Shown: positions 27,473 to 37,016, counted from the stretch's first letter. The stretch is 64,000 nucleotides of DNA from Deltaproteobacteria bacterium CSP1-8 (GCA_001443455.1 LDXO01000001.1:205632-269631); one strand, 5' to 3'. Program-made: numbers and translations. Notes: generated from the letters alone by a model not told the origin.

Positions 27473-28663
27473 TTACCGGACGTTCACCGTGGGCACGACG
27501 GACATCCCGATCCGCAGCACGTGCTCCGGGTCTTCCCCCCGGTCGAGCACGATCTTCACCGGGACCCGCTGCACGACCTTGACGTAGTTCCCCGTGGCGT
27601 TCTCGGGGGGGAAGAGGGAAAAGGCGGACCCCGTCCCCGCCATGATGCTTTCCACCTTCCCGTGGAACTTCTTCCCCGCGAACGTGTCGATGCGGATGGT
27701 GACCGGATGGCCGGGGCGGATCTTCTCGATCTGGGTCTCCTTGTAGTTCGCCACCACCCACACGCCCGACAGGTCGGCGATCGCGAGCAGCGGCTGGCCC
27801 GGGGAGACGACCTGCCCCACCTCCACTCCCTTCCGTGTCACATACCCGTCGGCGGGGGCGGCGACCTCCGCGTATTGCCGGTAGAGCTTCGCCTCCGCGA
27901 GGACGGACTCCCGCTGGCGGACGACGGCGCTTTGCTGTCCCACCCTCGCCTCGCGCTGCGATAGCGCCGCCTGCCGCTGGGCCAGGATGGCATTCTTCTG
28001 GGAGATCTGCGCCTCCTGGGTGGGGATGGCCGCCTCGGCGAGCCGAAGTTCCTCCTTCGCGAGGTCGTGGCGGGCCCTGCCCACATCCAGCTCGGTCTGG
28101 GCCTTCTCGAACCGCTCCTTGCTGATCGACTGCCGCTCGTACAGGCTTTTTGCCCGGTCCGCGTCCCGGATGGCCTGGGCAAGCTGCGCCCCGGCAAGGG
28201 TCACCCGGGACCGGGCCGCATCGACGGCAAGCCGGGCCTGGTCGAGCTGGGCCCGGGACGCCGCCAGGTCCTGGCGGGCCGCCTGGATGTCGGCTTTCCC
28301 GGCGGTGATGTCCGACTTGGCCCCGCTCAGGTCCGCCGTCGCGGCCGAGACGGCGGAACCGGCGGCGGCCTCCCGGACGGTGTACGGCTCCGGGTCGATC
28401 CGCAACAGCGGCTCCCCCTGTTTCACCGGCTGGTTGTCCACCACGAGCACCTCCACGACCGTCCCCTGGATGCGGGCGGCGACCGGATGGATCCGCCCCT
28501 CCACGTAGGCGTCGTCCGTCGCTATGTGGGTCTGACGGTACCACCAGTAGAACAGGCCGGACCCCACCGTCACGAGGGCGGCGACGGCGAACAGCATCAT
28601 CGCCTTTCTGCGCCGGGAGTTTTTCGGCTGGCCCGCGACGCTTCCGTTTCGTTCCTCACCCAT
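27473..28663 (-). CDS. emrA: HlyD/EmrA-family membrane fusion protein
   Basis: There is a single N-terminal TM, ..ATDDAYVEGRIHPVAARIQGTV.., a long Ala/Gln-rich coiled coil, and ..APADGYVTRKGVEVGQVV.. . Confidence 0.9.
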   Translation of the reverse strand: MGEERNGSVAGQPKNSRRRKAMMLFAVAALVTVGSGLFYWWYRQTHIATDDAYVEGRIHPVAARIQGTVVEVLVVDNQPVKQGEPLLRIDPEPYTVREAAAGSAVSAATADLSGAKSDITAGKADIQAARQDLAASRAQLDQARLAVDAARSRVTLAGAQLAQAIRDADRAKSLYERQSISKERFEKAQTELDVGRARHDLAKEELRLAEAAIPTQEAQISQKNAILAQRQAALSQREARVGQQSAVVRQRESVLAEAKLYRQYAEVAAPADGYVTRKGVEVGQVVSPGQPLLAIADLSGVWVVANYKETQIEKIRPGHPVTIRIDTFAGKKFHGKVESIMAGTGSAFSLFPPENATGNYVKVVQRVPVKIVLDRGEDPEHVLRIGMSVVPTVNVR

Positions 28664-28705
28664 TGCTTCTCTCCTTGCCCCGGTTCTTCGTCATGATGGG
28701 GTATT

Positions 28706-29125
28706 CTATTCCAATCCCATGCGGTCCAGTAACTCCCGGGCGTTCCCGTATAGGATTTTCCCGGAGGCGGGGGTCGGCCGGGGACAATCCCATCATCATG
28801 GGGTGCAGCTTGATCCCCTTGAGGCCAAGGGTGCGCAGGGCTTCGTTCGCGACGGCGGCCGGGTCGGCGTCGTCCTGGTGCACCGTCCCGAGCGGGATCA
28901 TCTCCGGGATCTCGCGGGCCAGGGAGGCGTTGAACCGGTTCCGTTCCCTTGCCTCTTCGGGCGCAAGTGGGAAGACCGCGGAAAAGAACCTTTCCGCGCC
29001 TGCGGCACCGTGACGTCCGCGGGAACGGGGTGCCCCCCCGGAATTTCCCGGTGGACCCGGCGCATGAGCCCTCCGAGTCGTCTTTCCGGGTACAGGGGGA
29101 CGTGAACGTCGATGATCCGTCTCAC
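28706..29125 (-). pseudogene. Decayed amidohydrolase-2 family gene (two frame changes plus an internal deletion)
   Basis: Three minus-strand frames each carry a recognisable piece:
- V/MRRIIDVHVPLYPE, with its GTG at 29125 overlapping the MFS stop.
- ..ERFFSAVFPLAPEEARERNRFNASLAREIPEMIPLGTVHQDDADPAAVANEALRTLGLKGIKLHPMMMG..
- ..GKILYGNARELLDRMGLE-stop, ending at 28706.
A C7/G7 run at 29034-29040 lies at the first shift. The middle of the enzyme is missing. Confidence 0.6.
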
Positions 29126-30297
29126 GCCGCCGTCGCCAGGCCAGCTTTCCAGGGGATCGGGAGCATCGCCGCGAGCAGCGCTCCGAAGGCCGGCAGGAAA
29201 TTGATCAGGTGTACCGCGGCGGGGACCCCGTACCCGTCGGCCACCGCCCCGAGGAGGGTTACGCCGATCCCTCCCGTCCCGATGGCGAATCCCGCGATGG
29301 TCCCGGAAGCGGTCGCCATGCGGCGGGGGAACAGCTCCTGTGCCATCACGATGGTCACCGAGAAGGTCGACACGATCGTCGCCCCGACCGCGGCTGCCAG
29401 CGGGAAAACAGCCCACCCCTGCGCGGAGAGAAAGAGGGAGATGAGCGGGACCTGGAGGGCCAGCGAGAAAAAGAGCATCCGGCGGTGGCCGATCCGGTCG
29501 GCGATCGGCCCCCCCGCCAGCGTTCCGACCGTGCCGGCGCCGAGGAACAGGAAGAGGAGGGAGGCCACGAACCCGGGGTTTCTCGCAAGTTCCTCCCGGT
29601 ACAGGAACGGGAGGAATGCGGCGAGACCGAGCTGCGTCCACGTGCGGAACACGACGATGAGGACGATCAGCGAGACCGCGTACACGGGGTGCCGGACCCT
29701 GTTTTCGTTGGGGGGGAGCGGTCGCATGGCTACCGCCGCGATACGCTCCCGGATCGGGGGAAGGGCCGGCACGAAGAGGGCAGCGGCGGCTGCCGCGGGG
29801 ATGATCAGGACGGCAACCCCCGTTAGGCCGTACCGGGAAACGAGGAAGATGGCGGCGGGCGCGCCGATGGCGAACCCGAGGTTCCCCCCCACGGAGAAGA
29901 AGGACATCCCCGTCGCGCGCTTCACCGAGGCGATGCAGGCGGTTGCCTTGAATCCTTCCGGGTGAAAGGCGGCCGTGCCGAATCCCAGGAACATCACGGT
30001 GGCGATAAGCCACGGAAAACTCGGCGAGTGCGGGAGCAGGGCGACGCCGATGCCGGAAATCAGGCATCCCAGCGGGAGGAGCACCGGGAACGGCCTGCGG
30101 TCGGTCATGTACCCGAACAGAGGCTGGATGACGGAGGAGGTCAGGTGCGCCGCGAGCAGGATCGAACCGGTGACGGTGTAGGAGAGGGAGAATTGGTCCT
30201 TCAGGTACGGGAGGAGCGCGGGGAGGGCTCCCTGCACCAGGTCGGTGCACAGGTGTCCGAACGAGAGAACGAAGAGAAGCAGAGCCCCGTTGTTCAT
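29122..30297 (-). CDS. MFS transporter (Fsr/fosmidomycin-resistance-like)
   Basis: The preferred start is MNNGALLLFVLSFGHLCTDLVQGALPALLPYL at 30297, which overlaps the epmA stop (ATGA). It has 12-TM hydrophobic periodicity. Confidence 0.85.
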   Translation of the reverse strand: MNNGALLLFVLSFGHLCTDLVQGALPALLPYLKDQFSLSYTVTGSILLAAHLTSSVIQPLFGYMTDRRPFPVLLPLGCLISGIGVALLPHSPSFPWLIATVMFLGFGTAAFHPEGFKATACIASVKRATGMSFFSVGGNLGFAIGAPAAIFLVSRYGLTGVAVLIIPAAAAAALFVPALPPIRERIAAVAMRPLPPNENRVRHPVYAVSLIVLIVVFRTWTQLGLAAFLPFLYREELARNPGFVASLLFLFLGAGTVGTLAGGPIADRIGHRRMLFFSLALQVPLISLFLSAQGWAVFPLAAAVGATIVSTFSVTIVMAQELFPRRMATASGTIAGFAIGTGGIGVTLLGAVADGYGVPAAVHLINFLPAFGALLAAMLPIPWKAGLATAA

Positions 30298-31286
30298 AAG
30301 CAGGTCACGTCCGCGATCGTCTCTTTCCCCAGCAGGAGCATCACCAGCCGGTCCATTCCCAGCGCCGCCCCGGAACACGGCGGGAGTCCCGCCCGCAGGG
30401 CGTCAAGAAGGTCCGGGTCGACCGGCAACCGCACCCCCGTTTGACGCTCGTGGCGCGCGGACAGTTCCACGAGTCGCTCCTCTTGCTCCCGGGGGTCGGT
30501 CAACTCCTCATATCCGTTCACGATTTCGACCCCGGCGACGTACCCTTCGAACCGTTCCGAGATGCCTGCTTCCCTCTCTCGCCTCCTGGCCATCCCGGCG
30601 AGCGCCGCGGGGAACCCCGTCAGGAAGACGGCCCCCATTCTTTTCAGAACCGGTTCGATCACGTCCAGGATGGCCCGAAAGAAGAGGTCCTCCCACGTCT
30701 CGGCCGGTGCGGGACGTATCCCTTTCCCGGAGAGGCCGGTACGCAGCGCCTCCGTGTCCCCGATCGGGCTATCGAGGAGTTCCGCGAACGCCTCCGTCAG
30801 CTCCCACCGCCTCCACCGGTGGGGAAGGGGAATCCGTTTCCCACCGTGGCGGATTTCCTCCGTCCCCGTCGTCCGGCGGGCCAGGTGCCGGAGGAGGTCC
30901 TCGACGTCCTTCATCACCGCGGCGGCCGGCTCCCCCACCCGGTACCACTCGAGCATCGTGAACTCCGGGCGGTGAAGAGGGGAGCCCTCCCGGTTCCGGA
31001 ACACCTTGCCGAGGTAAAAGATGTTTCCCGAACCCGCAGCGAGGAGTTTCTTCATCGACGGCTCCGGGGAGGCGTGGAGGTAGAGGCCGGACGTCCGCCC
31101 CGCCGCGTCGGAGACCTGCACCGGGAAGACGTTGGGGTCGATGTTCGGATACGGCTGCGCGATCGGCGGATCGACCTCGAGAAACCCCCTTTCCCGGAAG
31201 AAGGCCCGGGTCCATTCGAGAATGCGGGAGCGGCACCGCAGCGTTTCCCAGGAGAGCTCGCCTCTTGCCAGCCTGCGCCACGTCAT
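30294..31286 (-). CDS. epmA: EF-P lysine beta-lysyltransferase EpmA (PoxA/GenX, class II LysRS paralog)
   Basis: Class II aaRS motifs match the EpmA pattern: ..FRNREGSPLHRPEFTMLEWY.., ..ERFEGYVAGVEIVNGYEELTDPREQ.., ..PPCSGAALGMDRLVMLLLG.. . There is no anticodon-binding domain. Confidence 0.8.
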   Translation of the reverse strand: MTWRRLARGELSWETLRCRSRILEWTRAFFRERGFLEVDPPIAQPYPNIDPNVFPVQVSDAAGRTSGLYLHASPEPSMKKLLAAGSGNIFYLGKVFRNREGSPLHRPEFTMLEWYRVGEPAAAVMKDVEDLLRHLARRTTGTEEIRHGGKRIPLPHRWRRWELTEAFAELLDSPIGDTEALRTGLSGKGIRPAPAETWEDLFFRAILDVIEPVLKRMGAVFLTGFPAALAGMARRREREAGISERFEGYVAGVEIVNGYEELTDPREQEERLVELSARHERQTGVRLPVDPDLLDALRAGLPPCSGAALGMDRLVMLLLGKETIADVTCL

Positions 31287-31432
31287 GGAATGGTTGCTGC
31301 CGTCTCCCCGCCTGCGTTTCCCGCAAGCGCTGATTACCCTATCCTATGCCATTTCCCCCCCGGGGCGAAAGAGAGCGCGGTGGATATCGCCGGGATAACC
31401 GTGCAATATAGGCGGGAAAGGAGGGAAAAACG

Positions 31433-32707
31433 ATGCCGTTTCCGAGCTGGGGAGAGACCGAGGAAGGGCGGGACATGCTGCAAGAGGCGGCGGAACAACT
31501 GGTCCAGGCCGCAAAGCTTCTCAACCTGGACCCGAACCTGGCGAACCGGCTCCGGTTCCCGAAACGCGCGCTCATCGTGACCGTACCGGTCCGGCTGGAC
31601 GACGGGAGGGTCGTCACGTACACGGGGTACCGCGTCCACCACAACATCACACTCGGGCCGGGAAAGGGGGGGATCCGGTACAGCCCCACCGTATCCCTCG
31701 AGGAGACGACCGCCCTCGCCATGTGGATGACGTGGAAGTGCGCTCTCATGAACATCCCCTTCGGGGGGGCCAAGGGGGGCGTCTGCTGCAATCCCCTCGA
31801 GATGTCCCGCCGAGAGCTTCAGGCGCTTACCCGGCGGTTCACCTCCGAGATCGTGATGCTGATCGGGCCGGAGAAGGATATCCCGGCGCCGGACATGTAC
31901 ACCAACGAGCAGACGATGTCGTGGATCATGGACACCTACTCGATGCAGGTGGGGTACTCCGTTCCGGGAGTGGTGACCGGCAAGCCGCTCGTCGTCGGGG
32001 GCTCCGTGGGGCGCCGCGAGGCGACCGGGCGCGGGCTGGTCAACCTCATCATCGCCGCCGTCGAGCGGCTGGGGCTTGTCCCCGAAAAGCTCACCGCGGT
32101 GGTCCAGGGGTTCGGGAACGTCGGTTCCGTCGCGGCGCAGGAGCTCGCGGAAAAGAAGGTGAAGGTGATCGGGGTGAGCGACGTGTACGGAGGCGCGCAC
32201 AACCCCGGCGGACTTCCGGTGGACGACCTGATCCGGCACGTGGAGGCGGGGGGAAAAGTATCGGAGTTCCCGGGCGTTATCCCGGTGTCGAACAAGGACC
32301 TCCTGGAGATCCCGTGCGACATCCTCGCGCCGTGCGCCACGGCGGGGCAGATCACACGGGAGAACGTGGAGCGGGTCCGATGCCGCATCCTGGCCGAAGG
32401 GGCGAACGGCCCGACCACGCTGGAAGCCGACGCGATCCTGCAACAGAGGGGGGTGTTCATCATCCCGGACGTCCTGGGGAACGCCGGCGGGGTGACGGCC
32501 TCCTACTTCGAATGGGTGCAGGACACGCAGAAGTTCTTCTGGGACATCGGGGAAGTGAACCGGCAGCTGCAGCGGATCATGCTCGGGGCGTTTCAGGAAG
32601 TGCTCTCCCTTGCGCACGGCAAAGGGGTGTCGCACCGGATGGCCGCGCTCATGATCGGCATTTCGCGGGTGGCGCAGGCGATGCGGTTCCGGGGGCTCTA
32701 CCCCTAA
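31433..32707 (+). CDS. gdhA: Glutamate dehydrogenase (Glu/Leu/Phe/Val dehydrogenase family)
   Basis: Contains ..LGPGKGGIRYSP..WMTWKCALMNIPFGGAKGG.. and the Rossmann motif ..VQGFGNVGS.. . AAAGGAGGG precedes the ATG. Confidence 0.9.
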   Translation: MPFPSWGETEEGRDMLQEAAEQLVQAAKLLNLDPNLANRLRFPKRALIVTVPVRLDDGRVVTYTGYRVHHNITLGPGKGGIRYSPTVSLEETTALAMWMTWKCALMNIPFGGAKGGVCCNPLEMSRRELQALTRRFTSEIVMLIGPEKDIPAPDMYTNEQTMSWIMDTYSMQVGYSVPGVVTGKPLVVGGSVGRREATGRGLVNLIIAAVERLGLVPEKLTAVVQGFGNVGSVAAQELAEKKVKVIGVSDVYGGAHNPGGLPVDDLIRHVEAGGKVSEFPGVIPVSNKDLLEIPCDILAPCATAGQITRENVERVRCRILAEGANGPTTLEADAILQQRGVFIIPDVLGNAGGVTASYFEWVQDTQKFFWDIGEVNRQLQRIMLGAFQEVLSLAHGKGVSHRMAALMIGISRVAQAMRFRGLYP

Positions 32708-32744
32708 GAACAGGGACGTCTAAGAACTCTTTCTCCCCCCCCGG
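32705..32744 (+). repeat. Variant copy of the dispersed GGGACG/TAAGAAC repeat, starting on the gdh stop codon
   Basis: TAAGAACAGGGACGTCTAAGAACTCTTTCTCCCCCCCCGG aligns with the copy at 54819-54849 (CAGGGACGT..AACT.TTTC.TCCCCCCGG). Confidence 0.5.
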
Positions 32745-33156
32745 CGTGCGCCGCGGTCGTGCGCCCGGGGGGAAGTGCCGGATCCCGGGCCCCTGGCTCG
32801 CGGAGGGGTCCCCTTAGGCTACGCTCGCGACCTTGCGCCCGCTCGCTGCCGGTTCCGCTCGACGCGATTTCTTCCTCGCTCCACAGGCCGCCTCGTCGAC
32901 CCCCCCGCATCGCCTAAGGGTCCCCGGTTGCCGGCGCAGCAAGCCGAAGGAGTGGGGGCGCAGTGAGACCGGCCTCCAGGAGTCCATTCCCGTAAGATCC
33001 CGGCATTCGAGGGCCGCTGCATCCGCTCCCGCTTCGTTGCGCTTCTTCACCATACTCAACGGTATGCCTCAGTCGCGCGCCTTGCTGGCGCGGCGCATCG
33101 ACGCTCTCGGTGCGTCAAGCTATTTACGAGACGGTACACTAGGCCCAGCGCCGCCG

Positions 33157-33840
33157 TCAGGCTTCCTCGACGCTTAAGTATTCGGCCAGGCGCGGCCGGT
33201 TCACGATGATCCGCCGCCCCTTCCGGCGGATCATCCCCATCTCCTCGAACTTGTGCAGCTGGATGGTGACGGTTTCCCGCGCGGTTCCGATCAGGTTCGA
33301 CAGTTCCTCGTGGGTGAGGTGCAGGGGGATCAGGGTCCCCGCGGGAGTCTCCACCCCCAGGTCCTCCGACAGGTGGAGAAGCTCCCGGGCGAGGCGATGA
33401 TAGGCCCACGCGTGGAGGAGCCCGGCGAACTCCTTTTCCACCCGGACGAGACGTGTGGAAAGCATCTTCGTGAAATTGCGCGAAAAGGAGGGGTGGGAGG
33501 AAAGCAGATCGAGGAGATCTTTCCTTTTCAGGATGGCAACGGTGACGTCCGTCACGGCGACGGCCGTGAAGGGCCGCTTTTCCTCATTGACGATCAGTTC
33601 CCCGAAGACATCTCCGGGACGGAGGATGTGCAGGATCGACTCCGTCCCCCTCTCCGAGAGGGAGGTGAGCTTTACCAGGCCGGTTCTTACGATGAAGAGC
33701 GCTTCGGCTGCGTCTCCCTCACGGAAGATCGCCGCATCGCGCGGGAACTCCCGTTCGGTGCAAAGATCCAGGATCTTCCGCGTCTCCCCTTCGGGAATCC
33801 TTCGGAAAAGTTCCTCCGATGTCTGGAAGGGCAGCGGCAT
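33157..33840 (-). CDS. Crp/Fnr family transcriptional regulator
   Basis: Has a cNMP-binding-like barrel (..IFREGDAAEALFIVRTGLVKL..PGDVFGEL..) and a C-terminal HTH (..THEELSNLIGTARETVTIQLHKFEEMGMI..). Confidence 0.9.
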   Translation of the reverse strand: MPLPFQTSEELFRRIPEGETRKILDLCTEREFPRDAAIFREGDAAEALFIVRTGLVKLTSLSERGTESILHILRPGDVFGELIVNEEKRPFTAVAVTDVTVAILKRKDLLDLLSSHPSFSRNFTKMLSTRLVRVEKEFAGLLHAWAYHRLARELLHLSEDLGVETPAGTLIPLHLTHEELSNLIGTARETVTIQLHKFEEMGMIRRKGRRIIVNRPRLAEYLSVEEA

Positions 33841-34099
33841 GATATCGCCCCCTGCGGTGATCGGATGGCGCCTTGCCGAACTTGTCCCATTCTATCCCCG
33901 CCGGGGGAATTCTTCCACCCGTGCCCCGAAGGGCCGCGCCGCTCCGGCCACGGTACATAAAAAAACGCCCGGCGGATCCTCCGGGAGGGGGATTCCGCGG
34001 GCGGTCGCTCCGCCACCCCCCTTTCGGGCACGGAGCCCCGCGATGGGACGTGGCAGGCCCTATGGGTTCCCTGGAGCAGGGCCGGAATGCGCCGGGCGG

Positions 34100-34312
34100 T
34101 CAGGCGGCAAGACGCACCTTTTCCTCCCTGGGAGGAGCGGGTTCGGCCGTCTCGGGAAGAGGCCATTCTGCCCAAGCAAAGCGGGCCCCCGCCTCCTCCT
34201 CTGTGGCCATCCAGGCCAGGAAAGTCCCCGTGACCGCAGCGACCAAGATGAGGAACGCGGCGATCGCGATGTCGAAGCCGACTGTCATGCCCTCGAGGAC
34301 GATGCCTTCCAT
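34100..34312 (-). CDS. Possible small single-TM protein (70 aa)
   Basis: ATG 34312 follows GGGGGTGAG. The sequence is MEGIVLEGMTVGFDIAIAAFLILVAAVTGTFLAWMATEEE... . No recognisable family. Confidence 0.3.
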   Translation of the reverse strand: MEGIVLEGMTVGFDIAIAAFLILVAAVTGTFLAWMATEEEAGARFAWAEWPLPETAEPAPPREEKVRLAA

Positions 34313-34495
34313 GTTTCTCACCCCCTTTCACTTCCCACTATAGGGAAGGGAGAGGGATTCTTCCGTGAGAAATCTAACAATCGGAATTTATCGATTCATT
34401 CGCCTCACGGCAAGGGGAACGCGAAGGTCGTCCGCTTTTTTGGCGCCTCCCCGGAAGGGAAGGGGAAACGGTACTGGTTCCCGGGGGGTTGAATT

Positions 34496-34807
34496 CTACT
34501 TGTTTTCCAGAGGTTTCACGACCTCGCCCGTGTCGACGCGCACGACGCTGCCGTCTTCCCGCGTCATGGTCCATCCTCTGGTTCGTTCGTGCCTCGGCGA
34601 TTCGGCGGAAGGGATCAGGACGAGTTTCCCGCTGATGACTTCCAGCTTCACTCCGGAAAGGGATGACCTCCTTCTCTCCGGGTTTCTCCCCTGCCCGCGG
34701 CCGGCCAACCCTTTCTGCCGCCTCTTCTCGATTTCCTGCTCTCTCTCCATGTCGGAGGAAGCGATTCTTGCCGAAACCATAGCCAGCCCGATGTCCAGTT
34801 CGCCCAT
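34496..34807 (-). CDS. Hypothetical protein
   Basis: ORF 34496-34825; the internal ATG at 34807 has the better purine-rich upstream sequence. No family was recognised. Confidence 0.4.
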   Translation of the reverse strand: MGELDIGLAMVSARIASSDMEREQEIEKRRQKGLAGRGQGRNPERRRSSLSGVKLEVISGKLVLIPSAESPRHERTRGWTMTREDGSVVRVDTGEVVKPLENK

Positions 34808-34908
34808 GTATTTCACCCCCCCCATCGGAATTAGTACCCGTTAGATGAAACGGGGTAGGGAATCGATTCCGCGCAGGTGCCGAAGGATTTTTTTCTTTCC
34901 GAGGGTAC

Positions 34909-35688
34909 TTACCTCGGCCCCCCGACCAGCAGGGAAACAAAGAAGCGCACCACCAGGTATCCCACCCCGCCCGCGAGAAACAGCCATAGAACCACGAGAG
35001 CGATGTCGAAAACCCCGGGAAGCGAGGGGTGAAAGTACCTGGCGCCGGACCGCGGCCTGCGGGAGGAGGAGCTGCGGGAATGCCGTTTTTCCGGAGGGGA
35101 TGAGGAGGAAACCGCGCCGTGCAGGGGGAGAATCCCTTCTTTCTGCCAGGTGACCTGCCTGTCGAGGAGACTCCCCGGTGTTACACCTTTCTCCGGCGGT
35201 GCGGAGGACGGGGTCTTCGCGGGGGGGACCGGTCCGGGTTTCGCAAGAGGAGCAGCGGGCTCCGGGCGGATGTACCCGGAGATGTCGTAACCGCCGGTGG
35301 GCAATCTCCTGGGACGTGCCTCCCGGAAGAGGTCAAGGGAGTAGACGTTGTCGGGGACGGCCTCCGCCGGGATTTCCACTTCCGCAAGCGACGTTCGGGG
35401 TTGAGTCATCGCCTCCGCCTGCGGCAGGCCGCGACGGGTTTGTCCCGGAGGGGAATCCTCCCGTCCGGCCGGGGTCCCGTCTTTTTCCTTCGGGGGAGGC
35501 GGCCCGCGATGGCTGCCCGTTCTTTCCCCCCGATCCGCCGGCTGCGGATACCCGGGGACCGTCTCCGGGGCCAGGACGACGATCGTCCCGCCGCACCTGC
35601 GGCAGCGCACCTCCGCCCCCTTGAACCCCTGCATCATCGATTCCCGCATCCGGTAGCGCACCTGGCATATGCTGCACTCGATTACCAT
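34909..35688 (-). CDS. MJ0042-type zinc-ribbon protein with Pro-rich linker and C-terminal TM anchor
   Basis: Starts MVIECSICQVRYRMRESMMQGFKGAEVRCRRCGGTIVVL at 35688. A long Pro/Gly/Ser linker follows. The C-terminal helix is IALVVLWLFLAGGVGYLVVRFFV. Confidence 0.7.
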   Translation of the reverse strand: MVIECSICQVRYRMRESMMQGFKGAEVRCRRCGGTIVVLAPETVPGYPQPADRGERTGSHRGPPPPKEKDGTPAGREDSPPGQTRRGLPQAEAMTQPRTSLAEVEIPAEAVPDNVYSLDLFREARPRRLPTGGYDISGYIRPEPAAPLAKPGPVPPAKTPSSAPPEKGVTPGSLLDRQVTWQKEGILPLHGAVSSSSPPEKRHSRSSSSRRPRSGARYFHPSLPGVFDIALVVLWLFLAGGVGYLVVRFFVSLLVGGPR

Positions 35689-35973
35689 CGCCTTCCCCCG
35701 TATGGCGGGTTCGTTGGATGCGCCGGTACGATTCTTGACGCCATCGTCTTCCCGTTTTCGATGGATGAAAAGGTAGTGAGAAAAAGGTATCGCTTTGGCG
35801 AACCATTGACAAGAAATGAAACGCGTCGCCGCGGAAACCGCAGTCTCGGGTTGCGGATGTCCACTTTCTGTGGGAGGTGCGGCGGACGCCATCTATCCTC
35901 TTCCTCCCGGATCGTATATTGTAGAGAGGATGATGGGAAGCCACATCGGGTCCCGGGCAGGAGGACAGGGACA

Positions 35974-36120
35974 ATGGTACATGCGGGGATTGCCGAATAT
36001 GCTGCCATTCTCACGGGTATCGGGGGGACCACCCTGTCAAGCGGTGAACCTACCATGACGGTTATTGCGGTCGTTGGCGGCATCATCTTCCTGTTCTGGC
36101 TGGTCGTCTTCAAATTGTAA
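35974..36120 (+). CDS. Possible 48-aa hydrophobic mini-protein
   Basis: AGGAGG lies 9 nt upstream of ATG 35974. The sequence is MVHAGIAEYAAILTGIGGTTLSSGEPTMTVIAVVGGIIFLFWLVVFKL. This frame is the tail of an otherwise implausible 333-aa ORF. Confidence 0.25.
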   Translation: MVHAGIAEYAAILTGIGGTTLSSGEPTMTVIAVVGGIIFLFWLVVFKL

Positions 36121-36422
36121 TCCCGCGGTCCCCCCCTTCCGGGTTCCTACCGCGGGAAATTGGAGGACACTCCCCTCTTCTCCCGGCCCCCCATTTCCGC
36201 CGGTAAAGGCCGATCCGTTCGGCCTGCGTGAGAACGTGTTCTTGCGACACGGGGCAGGTCCGTTGCCCGTGTTGATATGAATGATAGCGGTCGTCATGCC
36301 TGCTCCCTCCCGCTCCTTCCCGCGACATGAAAAATGCCCGATTTCTGCAACCCGATGGCGTTCCGGTGAATCAGACAAGAAAATCGGGAACCGATCCCGG
36401 TACCTGAACAGGAGGAGGAGAG

Positions 36423-37016
36423 ATGCGACGATTCCGGATCATGGGTATTACCGCCCTGCTTCTGACGCTTCCTGCGGCTGCTCCCGCGGCAACGTGGGAA
36501 TTCGACCCCGCACACACGGGAGTCCAATTCAAGGTGCGTCATCTGATGGTTTCCCATGTGCGCGGGGATTTTGAAAAAGTATCGGGAAAAATCGTATACG
36601 ACGAGCAGGACATCTCCAGGTCCTCGGCGGACATCACCATCGATGCCGCCTCCATCAACACCCGCGTGGCCAAACGTGACGAACATCTGAAAAGCCCCGA
36701 TTTCCTGGATGCCGCAAAGTATCCCTCCCTGGTATTCAAATCGAAGAAGGTGGAACAAGCAGGCGACGGGAAACTCAAGATGACCGGGGACCTGACCATC
36801 CGCGGGGTGACCAAAGAGATCGTGCTGGACATCGAGGGGCCGACCCCTTCCATCAGGGATCTCGAGGGGAAGACGCGGGTCGGGGGAGTCGCGTCCACGA
36901 AAATCAACCGGAAGGATTTCGGGCTCACCTGGAACAAGGCGATCGAGACCGGGGGAGTGGTCGTGGGCGACGAGGTGGAAATCACCATCGACACCGAGAT
37001 TTTCAAGGAGCGGTAA
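36423..37016 (+). CDS. yceI: YceI family periplasmic protein
   Basis: Has a signal peptide and the YceI pattern ..WEFDPAHTGVQFKVRHLMVSHVRGDF..LTIRGVTKEI..INRKDFGLTWN.. . Confidence 0.9.
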   Translation: MRRFRIMGITALLLTLPAAAPAATWEFDPAHTGVQFKVRHLMVSHVRGDFEKVSGKIVYDEQDISRSSADITIDAASINTRVAKRDEHLKSPDFLDAAKYPSLVFKSKKVEQAGDGKLKMTGDLTIRGVTKEIVLDIEGPTPSIRDLEGKTRVGGVASTKINRKDFGLTWNKAIETGGVVVGDEVEITIDTEIFKER

